Positions 46,409 through 55,745 of a stretch of 64,000 nt of DNA are shown here, one piece after another; position 1 is the stretch's first letter; every line of letters begins with the position of its first letter. The stretch is from positions 32,001-96,000 of IMG/VR virus record IMGVR_UViG_3300028591_000085. One strand, given 5' to 3'. A program made the translations under genes and the position numbers. Below the pieces are notes generated by a model, which saw only the letters and a program-made list of their open reading frames with translations, was not told where the DNA came from and did no database searches. The stretch is from a virus. Lineage: Duplodnaviria > Caudoviricetes.

Positions 46409-48883
46409 ATGGCAAAAGATGTGCAGATGTTCTATATAGAATCTGACATCAAAAAGATTCAAACAAAGACTAATCTGTATATTCAGAAATATGGTCCTGC
46501 TGGTGCATTCCATTTAGCAAGAGAAATTATTCAGAATAATATAGATGAGTGTATTGACCCCGAATCAAATGGGTCTGTTATTCATATCACATATGATAAA
46601 TTAAGTGATATGTTAACTTGTGAAGATAATGGAAGAGGATTCCCTGAAAAGGATTATCCATTAGATATCTTCTGTACAAAAAACCAATCAGGTTCTAAAT
46701 TCTTTAGAGATCAAGGGGGAGATTCTGCCGGTGAATTTGGAGTCGGCCTTACAGTAGTAAATGCTCTCTCTGATAAATTTACAATAGTTAACTATAGAGA
46801 AGAAGAAGGCTATAAGCATACTATTGTATTTGAAGATGGAGAGAAGATAACGGACGAAACTAAGCCGTTAACTAAATCAGATCCTCGGCATGGCTCGTGT
46901 ATATCTTTTATTCCATCAAAGAAATATCTTGGGGGAAACACAGTAATTCCTTATAAAGAAATGATTGAATGGGTAGAAAAGATGTTATTCTTTGTAAGAA
47001 AGAAGAAACTAAAGATAACAGTAGATGTGTTTAAGGGAATGAAATTAAAGGAGTCTTATACATTTAAGCCGAAACCTTTTGATGAACTTCTCGATAAAAT
47101 AGCATCTACTGATAAATATTCTCCCAAGTGTAATTTTTCGGGTGATGATATAATAAAGGAAAACGTTAGAAAATCATCCATGGACTCAACAGGAAAAGTT
47201 GTAACTAAGAATACTGTAATATCGAAAAACATTCACGTTGACGTTGCATTACGTTATGTTCCCGAAACAATTACGTATTATGATAGTTATTGCAATTATA
47301 CTAATACTATAGATGGTGGAATTCATCAAGACACATTTGAGAAGTGTTTCTGCAATTATATGCAGAACAAAACAAAAGCAACAATGACAGAATCTCAAAG
47401 AGATAAGACTCCGATATTATGGGATGATATTAGGTCAGGATTATGCTGCGTTATTAATTTATCTACTAATGCACAAGTTGGGTTTGTTGGTAATGCTAAG
47501 ACTAAAATAGGAAGTGATGAATTAGTTCCGTATCTATCAGCAATATTCTCAAGAGAAATAGAGAAATTCTTTAGCAGTAATCAAACTTGTTTAAATGAGT
47601 TTATTAAAATTATAAAGTTAAATGCTAAAGCTCGTATTGAGGCAAACAAAGTTAAGAGTGCCGTTAAGAAAGAAAGAGTAAATTCATTCGATGAGCATAT
47701 TATGAAGAACTTTATTCGGTGTAATAATACTGGTAAAAAGTTTAAAGAATTATTCTTAGTCGAAGGAAACTCTGCTTCAGGTTCTGCTAGAAATGGTTGT
47801 GACCCTGATACTCAAGCATTCTTTCTGTTTAGGGGTGTCGTAGCTAATTCGTTTAAGTGTTCATTAGCAGAAATTATGCAGAACCGAGAGCTTCATGATT
47901 TAGTTACGGTTATGAGATGTGGGATTGGTCCAACATTCAATATGAACAAACTGTATTTCGACAGAATAAATATCTTTACAGATGCTGATATTGATGGTGC
48001 ATATATTAGTAGTGGAATGCTTGCATTCTTCTATAAATATTATAGACCTCTTATAGAAGCAGGTAAGATATATAAAGTATTCTCACCGTTATATGCATTG
48101 GAAGATAAAGATCATCCATATGTAGCTAATAAAGCAGAGATGGTTGAATTGTATCATAAGAAGTTGGCTAAGAATTATAAGATAAGAATCAAAGGCGAAA
48201 AGAAGTTTATGAATAAGGATGAACTTTATGACTTTTTGATGGATACCTATGATTATCGAGAAAATCTTATAAGGGTAGCTAAAGATATGGGTAATGTTAA
48301 TAAGTTCCTAATAGAATCTATTATAGCATATCTTGTTCTTATGGATGTTGTAAGAAGTTCTGATGATTATGACGATTTAATCAAAGTATTCTCTGATCAA
48401 AACTTTATAAAGGTATTTATGAGTAATCTTCAAATACGTTTTAAAGAAGTAACATTGGAAGATACCACGGTAATCAATGGTATTGTTGACGGTAGGTTCT
48501 GTTCTATTAATGTGACGAGCAGATTCATAAGAAAGAATAATGGAATTATTCCAGTTATATCTGATTATGGTTATATTCTTGAAGTACAAGAGAAAGATAA
48601 ACCTGTTCGTGAAATGACAATAGGAGAATTCCTTGACGATGCTATGAAGTATTCGTTAAAGATAAAGACTAGATTTAAGGGACTTGGTGAACTTTCCGGA
48701 AAACAACTACGGTCTACAACACTTGATATGAATAATCGTGTATCAGTGCAATTTACTGTAGAAGATTTTGAACGAGAACTTGGTATTATGAATATGATTC
48801 ATGGTCCAGGAAAAACTGACTTGGAAAAGAGGAAAGAACTAATGAAACGTTATCAGATAAAACGTGATGATTTGGATAATTAA
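46409..48883 (+). CDS. gyrB: Type IIA topoisomerase B subunit (GyrB/ParE-like)
   Basis: GHKL motifs EIIQNNIDE, DNGRGFP, GEFGVGLTVVNALS; Toprim EGNSA, TDADIDG; RFKGLGE. Confidence 0.92.
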   Translation: MAKDVQMFYIESDIKKIQTKTNLYIQKYGPAGAFHLAREIIQNNIDECIDPESNGSVIHITYDKLSDMLTCEDNGRGFPEKDYPLDIFCTKNQSGSKFFRDQGGDSAGEFGVGLTVVNALSDKFTIVNYREEEGYKHTIVFEDGEKITDETKPLTKSDPRHGSCISFIPSKKYLGGNTVIPYKEMIEWVEKMLFFVRKKKLKITVDVFKGMKLKESYTFKPKPFDELLDKIASTDKYSPKCNFSGDDIIKENVRKSSMDSTGKVVTKNTVISKNIHVDVALRYVPETITYYDSYCNYTNTIDGGIHQDTFEKCFCNYMQNKTKATMTESQRDKTPILWDDIRSGLCCVINLSTNAQVGFVGNAKTKIGSDELVPYLSAIFSREIEKFFSSNQTCLNEFIKIIKLNAKARIEANKVKSAVKKERVNSFDEHIMKNFIRCNNTGKKFKELFLVEGNSASGSARNGCDPDTQAFFLFRGVVANSFKCSLAEIMQNRELHDLVTVMRCGIGPTFNMNKLYFDRINIFTDADIDGAYISSGMLAFFYKYYRPLIEAGKIYKVFSPLYALEDKDHPYVANKAEMVELYHKKLAKNYKIRIKGEKKFMNKDELYDFLMDTYDYRENLIRVAKDMGNVNKFLIESIIAYLVLMDVVRSSDDYDDLIKVFSDQNFIKVFMSNLQIRFKEVTLEDTTVINGIVDGRFCSINVTSRFIRKNNGIIPVISDYGYILEVQEKDKPVREMTIGEFLDDAMKYSLKIKTRFKGLGELSGKQLRSTTLDMNNRVSVQFTVEDFERELGIMNMIHGPGKTDLEKRKELMKRYQIKRDDLDN

Positions 48884-48898
48884 TGGAGGTGATGAAAT

Positions 48899-51289
48899 AT
48901 GTCCGAAAAAATAACTCAGCAGAATATTGCTGATGCAGTTCTTGAGTATTCTTGTTTGTTTGGAGCGAATAAGAATGTGTATAGAATAGCCCCATCTATT
49001 CAGGACGGATTAAAACCTGGTAAAAGACGACTTTATTGGTCTTGGTGGTTGAATGAAAAGAAACCTAAAGACACAAGTAAAGAAACTTTGAAAAAATTAA
49101 GGTTTATAAAAGCAGGTACAGTATCTTCAAATGCTATGGCATATCATCCTCATGGCGATATAGCAATGAGCGAATTAATAGTTAGAGAAGGCCAGTATTG
49201 GAATAATAATGTAATGAGTATTGTTCCTCAAGGTTCTTATGGAAACATCAGAGGAGACCAAGCAGCAGCAGGTCGTTATGCTGAAGCTAAGATTGGTGAA
49301 TATATGATTGATTGCTTCTTTGATGATTTTGATAAATATTGTGTGCCGATGAAACTGGCATATGATGGAGAATCTCCTGAACCTGAATATCTACCTGCTA
49401 AGTATCCGCATATACTATTTAACCCTCAAATTTCTGGTATAGGGTTTGCATTGGCATCTAATATACCTCCGTTTAATATAACGGAGGTATTGAAGACTAC
49501 AATTGCTTTAATGAAAGACCCTGATACTAAAGTATTACTCATACCGGATTCACCTACAGGAGCAGATATTATTGATGAGGGTAATTTTAAAGAGATAAAC
49601 AAAACTGGTAAAAGTAAGTTTACATTAAGAGCAACCGCTTCGATTGATTATCAGAATAATGTAATTACTTTTACGAGTCTCCCTCTTCAGATGACTACGA
49701 TGCAAGTAATTGATAAGATTATTTCATTGAAGTTACCTGAGATATATGAGATTAAAGATTATACAAAAGAGGGAGAAGTTAATCTTCAAATTTTCTTGAA
49801 ATCTGATGTTAGACCTGATAAGATTCTTGAAACTCTATACAAGAAAAATACAGGTCTCAAGATGACTTATCCGGTTGGAATCACTGTGATTGATGACTAT
49901 GTATCATTTGAATATGGTGTGAAAGATTTATTATTAGAATGGATTGAATATCGTAGAGATATAGTAAGGTCCATGTTCTTGAATAATCTTCAAATCACTA
50001 TGGAAAAACTTCATATGAATAAGGTACTATTAATGGTATTCAATAAAGACAATATTGAAACTACCATTAAAATAGCCAAGAATAGTTCATCAAGACAAGA
50101 TACTATCAACAAGCTTATGAAGAGATATAAAATAACATCGTTGCAGGCGTCTACTATTGCTGATATGAGAGTATATAACTTTAATGCGGATTCTTATAAT
50201 CGATATAAAGAAGATAAGAAAAAGCTTGATGAAGAACTTAAATATATACAAACGACATTGAAGCATAGTAATAAAATTGACGAGTTTATTATTAGTCAGC
50301 TTGAAGAAGGTATTAAGAAATGGGGTCATCCCAGAAAAAGTAAAGTTGTTAAAGAGAAAGATGATGCAAAGAAAGATATTCCTAATACTGAGCATATTAT
50401 TGGAATCAGCGAAAGCGGATATATTAAGAAGCTTTCTCTTAAAGAGTATAACTCAATAGGGTTAGTTGGTAAAGAGAATGGAAATCTCACGGTGATGCAA
50501 ATTAATAATAAAGAAGATATTATTGTTATTGATAGTTCCGGTAGAGTATCCAGAATCTCAGTATCGGCTATTCCCGATATGAAATTTGAAGATATTGGTG
50601 TTGAGATTAATAGATATTTTACTTCACAAGGAAGAATAGTATCATTAATGAAGTTGCCATCAGTAGATATTTTAAAATCTAAAGATGAAGAACTTTGTAT
50701 AATCTTTGTCACTAAAGATGGATATGCAAAAAAGGTTCCTATATCAGAGTTTAAAAAGATAAGTGATTTTAAAATTGGTATTACTCTTAATCCTGGTGAT
50801 GAAGTTGCTTCAGCATTATTTTCATTTGATAAGAGTTCAAAAGATTGTATAATTTGTACGAACCTGGGTGATGGTATCAGGATAAGTATTAATGATATTA
50901 AAACCTTAAGCAAGAGTGCTAAAGGGGTGCGTCAAATAACTCTTAAAGAAGGTGAGTACGTTGTCAATGCGTGTAAGATAAATCCGAATAAGAAGCTACT
51001 ATTCTATGTAACATCTGCCGGAAAAGTTAAACTTACTGAGACAAAGTATTTTCCGACAATGCAGCGTAAGGATGAACCATTATCATTAATAGGGCTTGAT
51101 AAGAATGAAATTCTTGTTGGTATATCTTCAGTATCTAAAAATGATGTTGTAATGGTATATAGAAAAAATTCAGAACCCGAAGAGATATCTTTAAAAGATA
51201 TAAAGGTAAGTACTAGAATTGCAAAAGGAGAAAAAATAATAAAAACTCCTAAAGGCGATAAAGTAATTGCATATAAAGTATTCGGATAA
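48899..51289 (+). CDS. gyrA: Type IIA topoisomerase A subunit (GyrA/ParC-like) with beta-pinwheel CTD
   Basis: DGLKP, YHPHGD, AAGRY (catalytic Tyr), GIGFALASNIPPFN, C-terminal blade repeats. Confidence 0.92.
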   Translation: MSEKITQQNIADAVLEYSCLFGANKNVYRIAPSIQDGLKPGKRRLYWSWWLNEKKPKDTSKETLKKLRFIKAGTVSSNAMAYHPHGDIAMSELIVREGQYWNNNVMSIVPQGSYGNIRGDQAAAGRYAEAKIGEYMIDCFFDDFDKYCVPMKLAYDGESPEPEYLPAKYPHILFNPQISGIGFALASNIPPFNITEVLKTTIALMKDPDTKVLLIPDSPTGADIIDEGNFKEINKTGKSKFTLRATASIDYQNNVITFTSLPLQMTTMQVIDKIISLKLPEIYEIKDYTKEGEVNLQIFLKSDVRPDKILETLYKKNTGLKMTYPVGITVIDDYVSFEYGVKDLLLEWIEYRRDIVRSMFLNNLQITMEKLHMNKVLLMVFNKDNIETTIKIAKNSSSRQDTINKLMKRYKITSLQASTIADMRVYNFNADSYNRYKEDKKKLDEELKYIQTTLKHSNKIDEFIISQLEEGIKKWGHPRKSKVVKEKDDAKKDIPNTEHIIGISESGYIKKLSLKEYNSIGLVGKENGNLTVMQINNKEDIIVIDSSGRVSRISVSAIPDMKFEDIGVEINRYFTSQGRIVSLMKLPSVDILKSKDEELCIIFVTKDGYAKKVPISEFKKISDFKIGITLNPGDEVASALFSFDKSSKDCIICTNLGDGIRISINDIKTLSKSAKGVRQITLKEGEYVVNACKINPNKKLLFYVTSAGKVKLTETKYFPTMQRKDEPLSLIGLDKNEILVGISSVSKNDVVMVYRKNSEPEEISLKDIKVSTRIAKGEKIIKTPKGDKVIAYKVFG

Positions 51290-51293
51290 ATAT

Positions 51294-51338
51294 AAAAAAG
51301 ATACGGCAGCGTCTCGCCCCCGCTGCCGTATCTTTTTT
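51294..51338. terminator. Bidirectional terminator
   Basis: aaaaaagatacggcagcg/cgctgccgtatctttttt. Confidence 0.85.
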
Positions 51339-51357
51339 AGATAGAAGTTACTAACCA

Positions 51358-51687
51358 TTAGTAACTTCTCTCTAAACTGAACACCTCCTTGTAATCGAAA
51401 TTTACGTTAAATGCCTTTAAACACGCCCTTAATTCAAAGAGCATATAGCTTAACGCTACCAGCCCATACCCAGAGGGTGGATTATTAGATAACAGCCAAT
51501 TTTTTACATCGGCTGCTATCGTTGTCACTGCTATGAGATCCGCCGTCGATTTGGCGAACGTTCCTCCTTCGTATGCTGCTTTATCTCCGTATGCGTTATC
51601 GCATGCGGTATCTACAGCTTTATCTATAGCACATACGAGTTCATCGATAGTATCAGATGTAAGATCCATGATTATTGAGTATTTCAT
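51358..51687 (-). CDS. Hypothetical protein (stand-alone early cassette)
   Basis: AGGAGGT RBS, 109 aa, GC above flanks. Confidence 0.75.
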   Translation of the reverse strand: MKYSIIMDLTSDTIDELVCAIDKAVDTACDNAYGDKAAYEGGTFAKSTADLIAVTTIAADVKNWLLSNNPPSGYGLVALSYMLFELRACLKAFNVNFDYKEVFSLERSY

Positions 51688-51840
51688 ACTATTACCTCCT
51701 AGGTAATTTACTTTATTTTTATTGACTAGGGATAATAAAGCCTGGTGACATCCAGTGAAAAACCCTATAATAATTAACGGTTTGAATACTAATAGTTATT
51801 TTAAACCGACACGCCAGTGTGGTATAACTATTCATATTCA

Positions 51841-51918
51841 CAGAGATAGTATATCATTGAAATAATAGACTTTACGGATAAAAGTAGAAGCAAAACAAAT
51901 AATTAAGTTAATAAATTA
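51841..51918. repeat. 78-bp direct repeat copy 1: back-to-back early (-) and late (+) promoters
   Basis: 72/78 identical to 53784-53861; ATATACTAT on minus at 51846-51854, AACA-AATAAT-TA on plus at 51894-51905. Confidence 0.85.
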
Positions 51919-51931
51919 TATAAATGAAAGG

Positions 51932-52846
51932 TTGATGAATATGGATGATAATTTATCACTTTTTCGAGAAGAAACTATTTACAGTGGCACTAATAATAAA
52001 TATCCAGTTTTTATAGTTCTTACATATAGCGATAATCCTATTGGGATAGCTATTCGTAAATTTACTGGAGCTGAATGGAGCCATTGTCTAATTGCGTTTA
52101 ATCCTGAATTAGACCCCATGTATTCATTCGCAACACGTACTCAACTTAGTAATGAAAAATTATCAAAAATGGGTTTTGTATATCAAAATAGTAAAGATAA
52201 TTTTTATGCATTAAAAAAATCTAAATATGTTGTATATGTGATGTTTGTAAATAAAGCTGCAATAACTGCTATGAAAAATCGGTGCCAGTATTTTATGAAT
52301 CATGAAAAAGAAAGTAAATATGATTTTAAAGGATTAATTGATATATTTAGAGGAAAAGATACCGAATCGCACCAGAAATATTTCTGTAGTAGATTTGTAG
52401 CTGAAATATTAGCACAGGGTGTTAAATTGGATAAGTTACCATCATTATATCAACCGGAAGATTTTAAAAATTTTAATAATATATCACTGGTCAATGCTGG
52501 TAATGATTTATATTTTTATAACCCTAATGTGACTAAAAAAAATTTAGAATATATAAAACATAAAAAATTTATAAAGGTTGAACCACAGGGTGAACAAATA
52601 TTTTACAATAATAGAATTATTGGAGAAGGGTCTGATAATACAATGAATGAATTTAATGAAAGAATAATATTTAAAGAATATGCTCGGGGGATAATTGATA
52701 AAAACCATTATGATATGCTAATTGAATCATTATCTACACCTGCTACACCAATAGAAATTCGAGTTAACTCTTCAAAACTTAATGATGATTTTATTGGGAA
52801 AAAGTTTATAGAACTAAAAGATGATTCAACAGTTCTCGTTAAATAA
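51932..52846 (+). CDS. Permuted papain-like (YaeF/YiiX-type NlpC/P60) enzyme, probably virion-associated
   Basis: IRKFT..WSHC, YDF.GL, YFCSRFVAEIL (His before Cys). Confidence 0.75.
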   Translation: MMNMDDNLSLFREETIYSGTNNKYPVFIVLTYSDNPIGIAIRKFTGAEWSHCLIAFNPELDPMYSFATRTQLSNEKLSKMGFVYQNSKDNFYALKKSKYVVYVMFVNKAAITAMKNRCQYFMNHEKESKYDFKGLIDIFRGKDTESHQKYFCSRFVAEILAQGVKLDKLPSLYQPEDFKNFNNISLVNAGNDLYFYNPNVTKKNLEYIKHKKFIKVEPQGEQIFYNNRIIGEGSDNTMNEFNERIIFKEYARGIIDKNHYDMLIESLSTPATPIEIRVNSSKLNDDFIGKKFIELKDDSTVLVK

Positions 52847-52867
52847 GTAAGGAAGGGTGAATGGTTT

Positions 52868-53416
52868 ATGATAGATATAAACATGTATCAAGTGATGTTT
52901 GAGAAATATATTGATGATAAAATTGACGAAACACATTTCGATAAATTTGTTGAAAGTCTAAGTTCCCCAATTTTTCTTGGATGTAAAGTTAATTTAATTA
53001 GTAGTAAAGTTGAGAAAAAAGTTAATCCAAAAAAAGAAACTGTTGAAAATATTAATAGAGCTATTGGAATATATAATTCTAACTTAGCGATGAAAAAAAG
53101 ACTTGATGATGAGCTTGCAGATTCAGTTTTTCAGATTCTTCAATTAGAAGATAATAAAGACAGTTCTTCTGTATGGAAATATATAAAAATTAAAATGATA
53201 GATAGCTCGATTAAAGATAGTCAATATGTGATATTTACTTGTTATGCTGAACCAACAGCTATTTTTTATAAAACTTTAGCTGAAAAAAAATTAATTAAAA
53301 ATGTTGGTAAAGTTTCTTTTATTATTACTGCTAAAGTTCCATTAGTAAGTGATGCAATAAATGATAATTACCTAAATAGTGAATTCTGTAGTGTAAGTGT
53401 AAAAAAGAAAAAATAA
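52868..53416 (+). CDS. Hypothetical (possible head) protein
   Basis: 182 aa; N-terminus resembles the tail of the upstream ORF. Confidence 0.7.
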   Translation: MIDINMYQVMFEKYIDDKIDETHFDKFVESLSSPIFLGCKVNLISSKVEKKVNPKKETVENINRAIGIYNSNLAMKKRLDDELADSVFQILQLEDNKDSSSVWKYIKIKMIDSSIKDSQYVIFTCYAEPTAIFYKTLAEKKLIKNVGKVSFIITAKVPLVSDAINDNYLNSEFCSVSVKKKK

Positions 53417-53418
53417 TT

Positions 53419-53457
53419 ATAAAGGCTCCGTATACAATATGTATACGGAGCCTTTAT
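53419..53457. terminator. Terminator between convergent genes
   Basis: ataaaggctccgtatac/gtatacggagcctttat. Confidence 0.75.
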
Positions 53458-53469
53458 CTTTCATCGATC

Positions 53470-53649
53470 TCATTTGACGAAAAAGAGCTCGATGAGGTCG
53501 TTGATAAATATCATGACCTCATCGAGCGTTATGGTCTCCTTTCTGTCTCCTTTTAACCATATCATTAATCTCTCGATGGTCATTATCGTCCATACAAAAA
53601 CTATGATGGCTGCAACCGCTGTTGCAAGAATAACGTTGAGTATCGTCAT
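53470..53649 (-). CDS. 59-aa membrane peptide (cassette cargo), not in ORF track
   Basis: AAAGGA RBS; MTILNVILATAVAAIIVFVWTIMTIERLMIWLKGDRKETITLDEVMIFINDLIELFFVK; downstream of leader copy D. Confidence 0.75.
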   Translation of the reverse strand: MTILNVILATAVAAIIVFVWTIMTIERLMIWLKGDRKETITLDEVMIFINDLIELFFVK

Positions 53650-53703
53650 AATATGTCCTTTCTCCCCTTGACGCTGGGGATGACGAAATTATATATGTGA
53701 TGA

Positions 53704-53768
53704 ATTCATTATACGAAACCTTACGTCTTACTTTCTTCTATTAGAAATGCGTAAGTTGTATAATGAAT
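53704..53768 (-). ncRNA. Conserved structured 5' leader motif, copy D
   Basis: CAACTTACG CATTTC TAATAGA AGAA AGTAAGA CGTAAGG TTTCG; outer stem attcattatac/gtataatgaat. Confidence 0.75.
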
Positions 53769-53783
53769 ATTATTCATTATACA

Positions 53784-53861
53784 CGGAGATAGTATATCAT
53801 TGAAGAAATTGAGTTTACGGATAAAAGTATAAGCAAAACAAATAATTAAGTTAATAAATTA
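53784..53861. repeat. 78-bp direct repeat copy 2 (divergent promoter unit)
   Basis: Matches 51841-51918; late motif at 53837-53848. Confidence 0.85.
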
Positions 53862-53898
53862 CTTTAATAATATTTTTTTAGATTGGAGTGAATCAAGA

Positions 53899-55731
53899 AT
53901 GTCGTATATAAATAAAGAACGGATTCTTAACGAATCTCCGATTAAAAGATTATTAATCGGATATGACAATTTGAAAGAAAATTATACAAAAGAAAATGCT
54001 GAAGAATATTCTCATTTATACGAGAATCTTCCTCTATCTACAATTTTAGAATACTCTGAGTATATTTTTAAAGAGCCATTTTATGGTTATGAATTTTATT
54101 CGGATATTCTTACTGGGGATGAGGACTATGCGGCATTTCCTAAGTATGAAGTTGAGCTGGATAAAATCAATAGATACATAGATGAGAATCAGGATAAGAT
54201 GAGTTCTGAGCAACTTAATATGTATACTAATTTAAGAGAAAAAATAATCAATAAAATGAATGAAAGCAAGAATACTACAGTAATTACTAAGTGTATAGAC
54301 GAAAAGATTCCTAGGGAAAATGTGGATACATTAACAGCAGTATCTGATGCTCTTTATGATTATAAAAGAGGATTAGTTAATAATGATTATCAAAAGTGTG
54401 CACAAGCAAAAGAAGTTCTTGCAAAGACTATAGGGAATAACGATAAAGAAACATTTTTTGTATATGCACCTTTTGCTGCTAAAGTAATATCAGATTCATC
54501 TATTATAGATGATAATATAAATAAATTCTGTAATGATCATAGTGATACGCAGTCTATAAAGGAGTCTGTTTTATTTACAAATGATATGGAAAATATTGTT
54601 TTGCTAAATAAGCTTTATTCTGATAAGTGTTATAGAGAAGCTGTTTCAAGCATTCCTAATAAATATAGTAAAGTTATTTTTACAGAATTAGCATCATGTG
54701 ATATAGCTCCTAATATCGATGAAATTATAACTGAAAAAGTTGATACTTTGGAGACATACTATACAACTCCACATAATGCAGTTAATGATATTTTTAATGA
54801 TGACTTTGATAGAGTGATGTATCAAGACGAATATGATGATTATCTTAAAACTAACTATGGTGCAAGATTAAATATTTTTGAAAAGATGCGCGATTATATA
54901 ACAAAAGAATATCAAACGTGTGATGATACAAATGCTAATATTGTAGGATATTCTAATTTCTTTAATGAAGGTACTACAATTGAAGAAGCATTTAAAATAA
55001 TAAATGAGAAATGTGAAGAAACTGAACGGATGGTTTATTTATATACTGAAAAACCCATCGATCCTAATGAGGAAGTATCTGACGAAGATATAGATGAGAT
55101 GGATAAAAGTATAAATAATGATGAACCTGATGAAACATCTAATAAATCTGGTGTTGATGTTAAGTCTGATAGTAAATCTATCGAAACGCCAAAAAAACTT
55201 AAAGCCCCTAAGCCGACTGATACTGCAACTGGTATACAGAATAAAGCTATGGATATGGAAGTGCGGCAAAATAAACTCAGAGCTAATATTAAGCAAAAGG
55301 GGCAGACTATCATGAATGCCGCGAAGGCTGTTGCACAGCTTCCTAAGAATATTATTGGTGACATCAAAGAACAGATTAAAATGGTCGATGATAAAGATGA
55401 TGTTCGTAGAGAGAAGTATATGCGAGAGCCGGGATTTAGAAAAAAAGCATTTCGTAATTTAAAACTTGCTTTATTGTATGGTAGTGCTGCTAGAGTTAAT
55501 TTAGGTTTAATTCCGGTAGTTGGTATATGCAGGCATTATAGCAAACAAAAAGACGTAAGAATCAGAAATCAGTTAGTAACTGAAATTGAAACTAATATTA
55601 AGATATGTGAAGAAAAAATCAATGACGCTAATGCTGAAGGTGATAAGAAAGAAAAATATCGTTTAATGCGTATCAGAGATCAGCTTACTACTGAAAGAAA
55701 TCGCGTTAGATATAATAGTAAATATATTTAA
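53899..55731 (+). CDS. Putative virion head protein
   Basis: 610 aa, late promoter, capsid operon, xxE-S sites; C-terminal ICEEKINDA...KYRLMR helix. Confidence 0.6.
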   Translation: MSYINKERILNESPIKRLLIGYDNLKENYTKENAEEYSHLYENLPLSTILEYSEYIFKEPFYGYEFYSDILTGDEDYAAFPKYEVELDKINRYIDENQDKMSSEQLNMYTNLREKIINKMNESKNTTVITKCIDEKIPRENVDTLTAVSDALYDYKRGLVNNDYQKCAQAKEVLAKTIGNNDKETFFVYAPFAAKVISDSSIIDDNINKFCNDHSDTQSIKESVLFTNDMENIVLLNKLYSDKCYREAVSSIPNKYSKVIFTELASCDIAPNIDEIITEKVDTLETYYTTPHNAVNDIFNDDFDRVMYQDEYDDYLKTNYGARLNIFEKMRDYITKEYQTCDDTNANIVGYSNFFNEGTTIEEAFKIINEKCEETERMVYLYTEKPIDPNEEVSDEDIDEMDKSINNDEPDETSNKSGVDVKSDSKSIETPKKLKAPKPTDTATGIQNKAMDMEVRQNKLRANIKQKGQTIMNAAKAVAQLPKNIIGDIKEQIKMVDDKDDVRREKYMREPGFRKKAFRNLKLALLYGSAARVNLGLIPVVGICRHYSKQKDVRIRNQLVTEIETNIKICEEKINDANAEGDKKEKYRLMRIRDQLTTERNRVRYNSKYI

Positions 55732-55745
55732 GGGTAGTGATCTAG

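Noticed and set aside
46409-51289. Introns or inteins in topoisomerase and RNAP genes
   Set aside because: Frames are continuous and no intein terminal motifs or homing-endonuclease inserts were seen
53474-53671. 65-aa plus-strand ORF in the track
   Set aside because: The minus-strand 59-aa ORF has the promoter, leader, RBS and terminator
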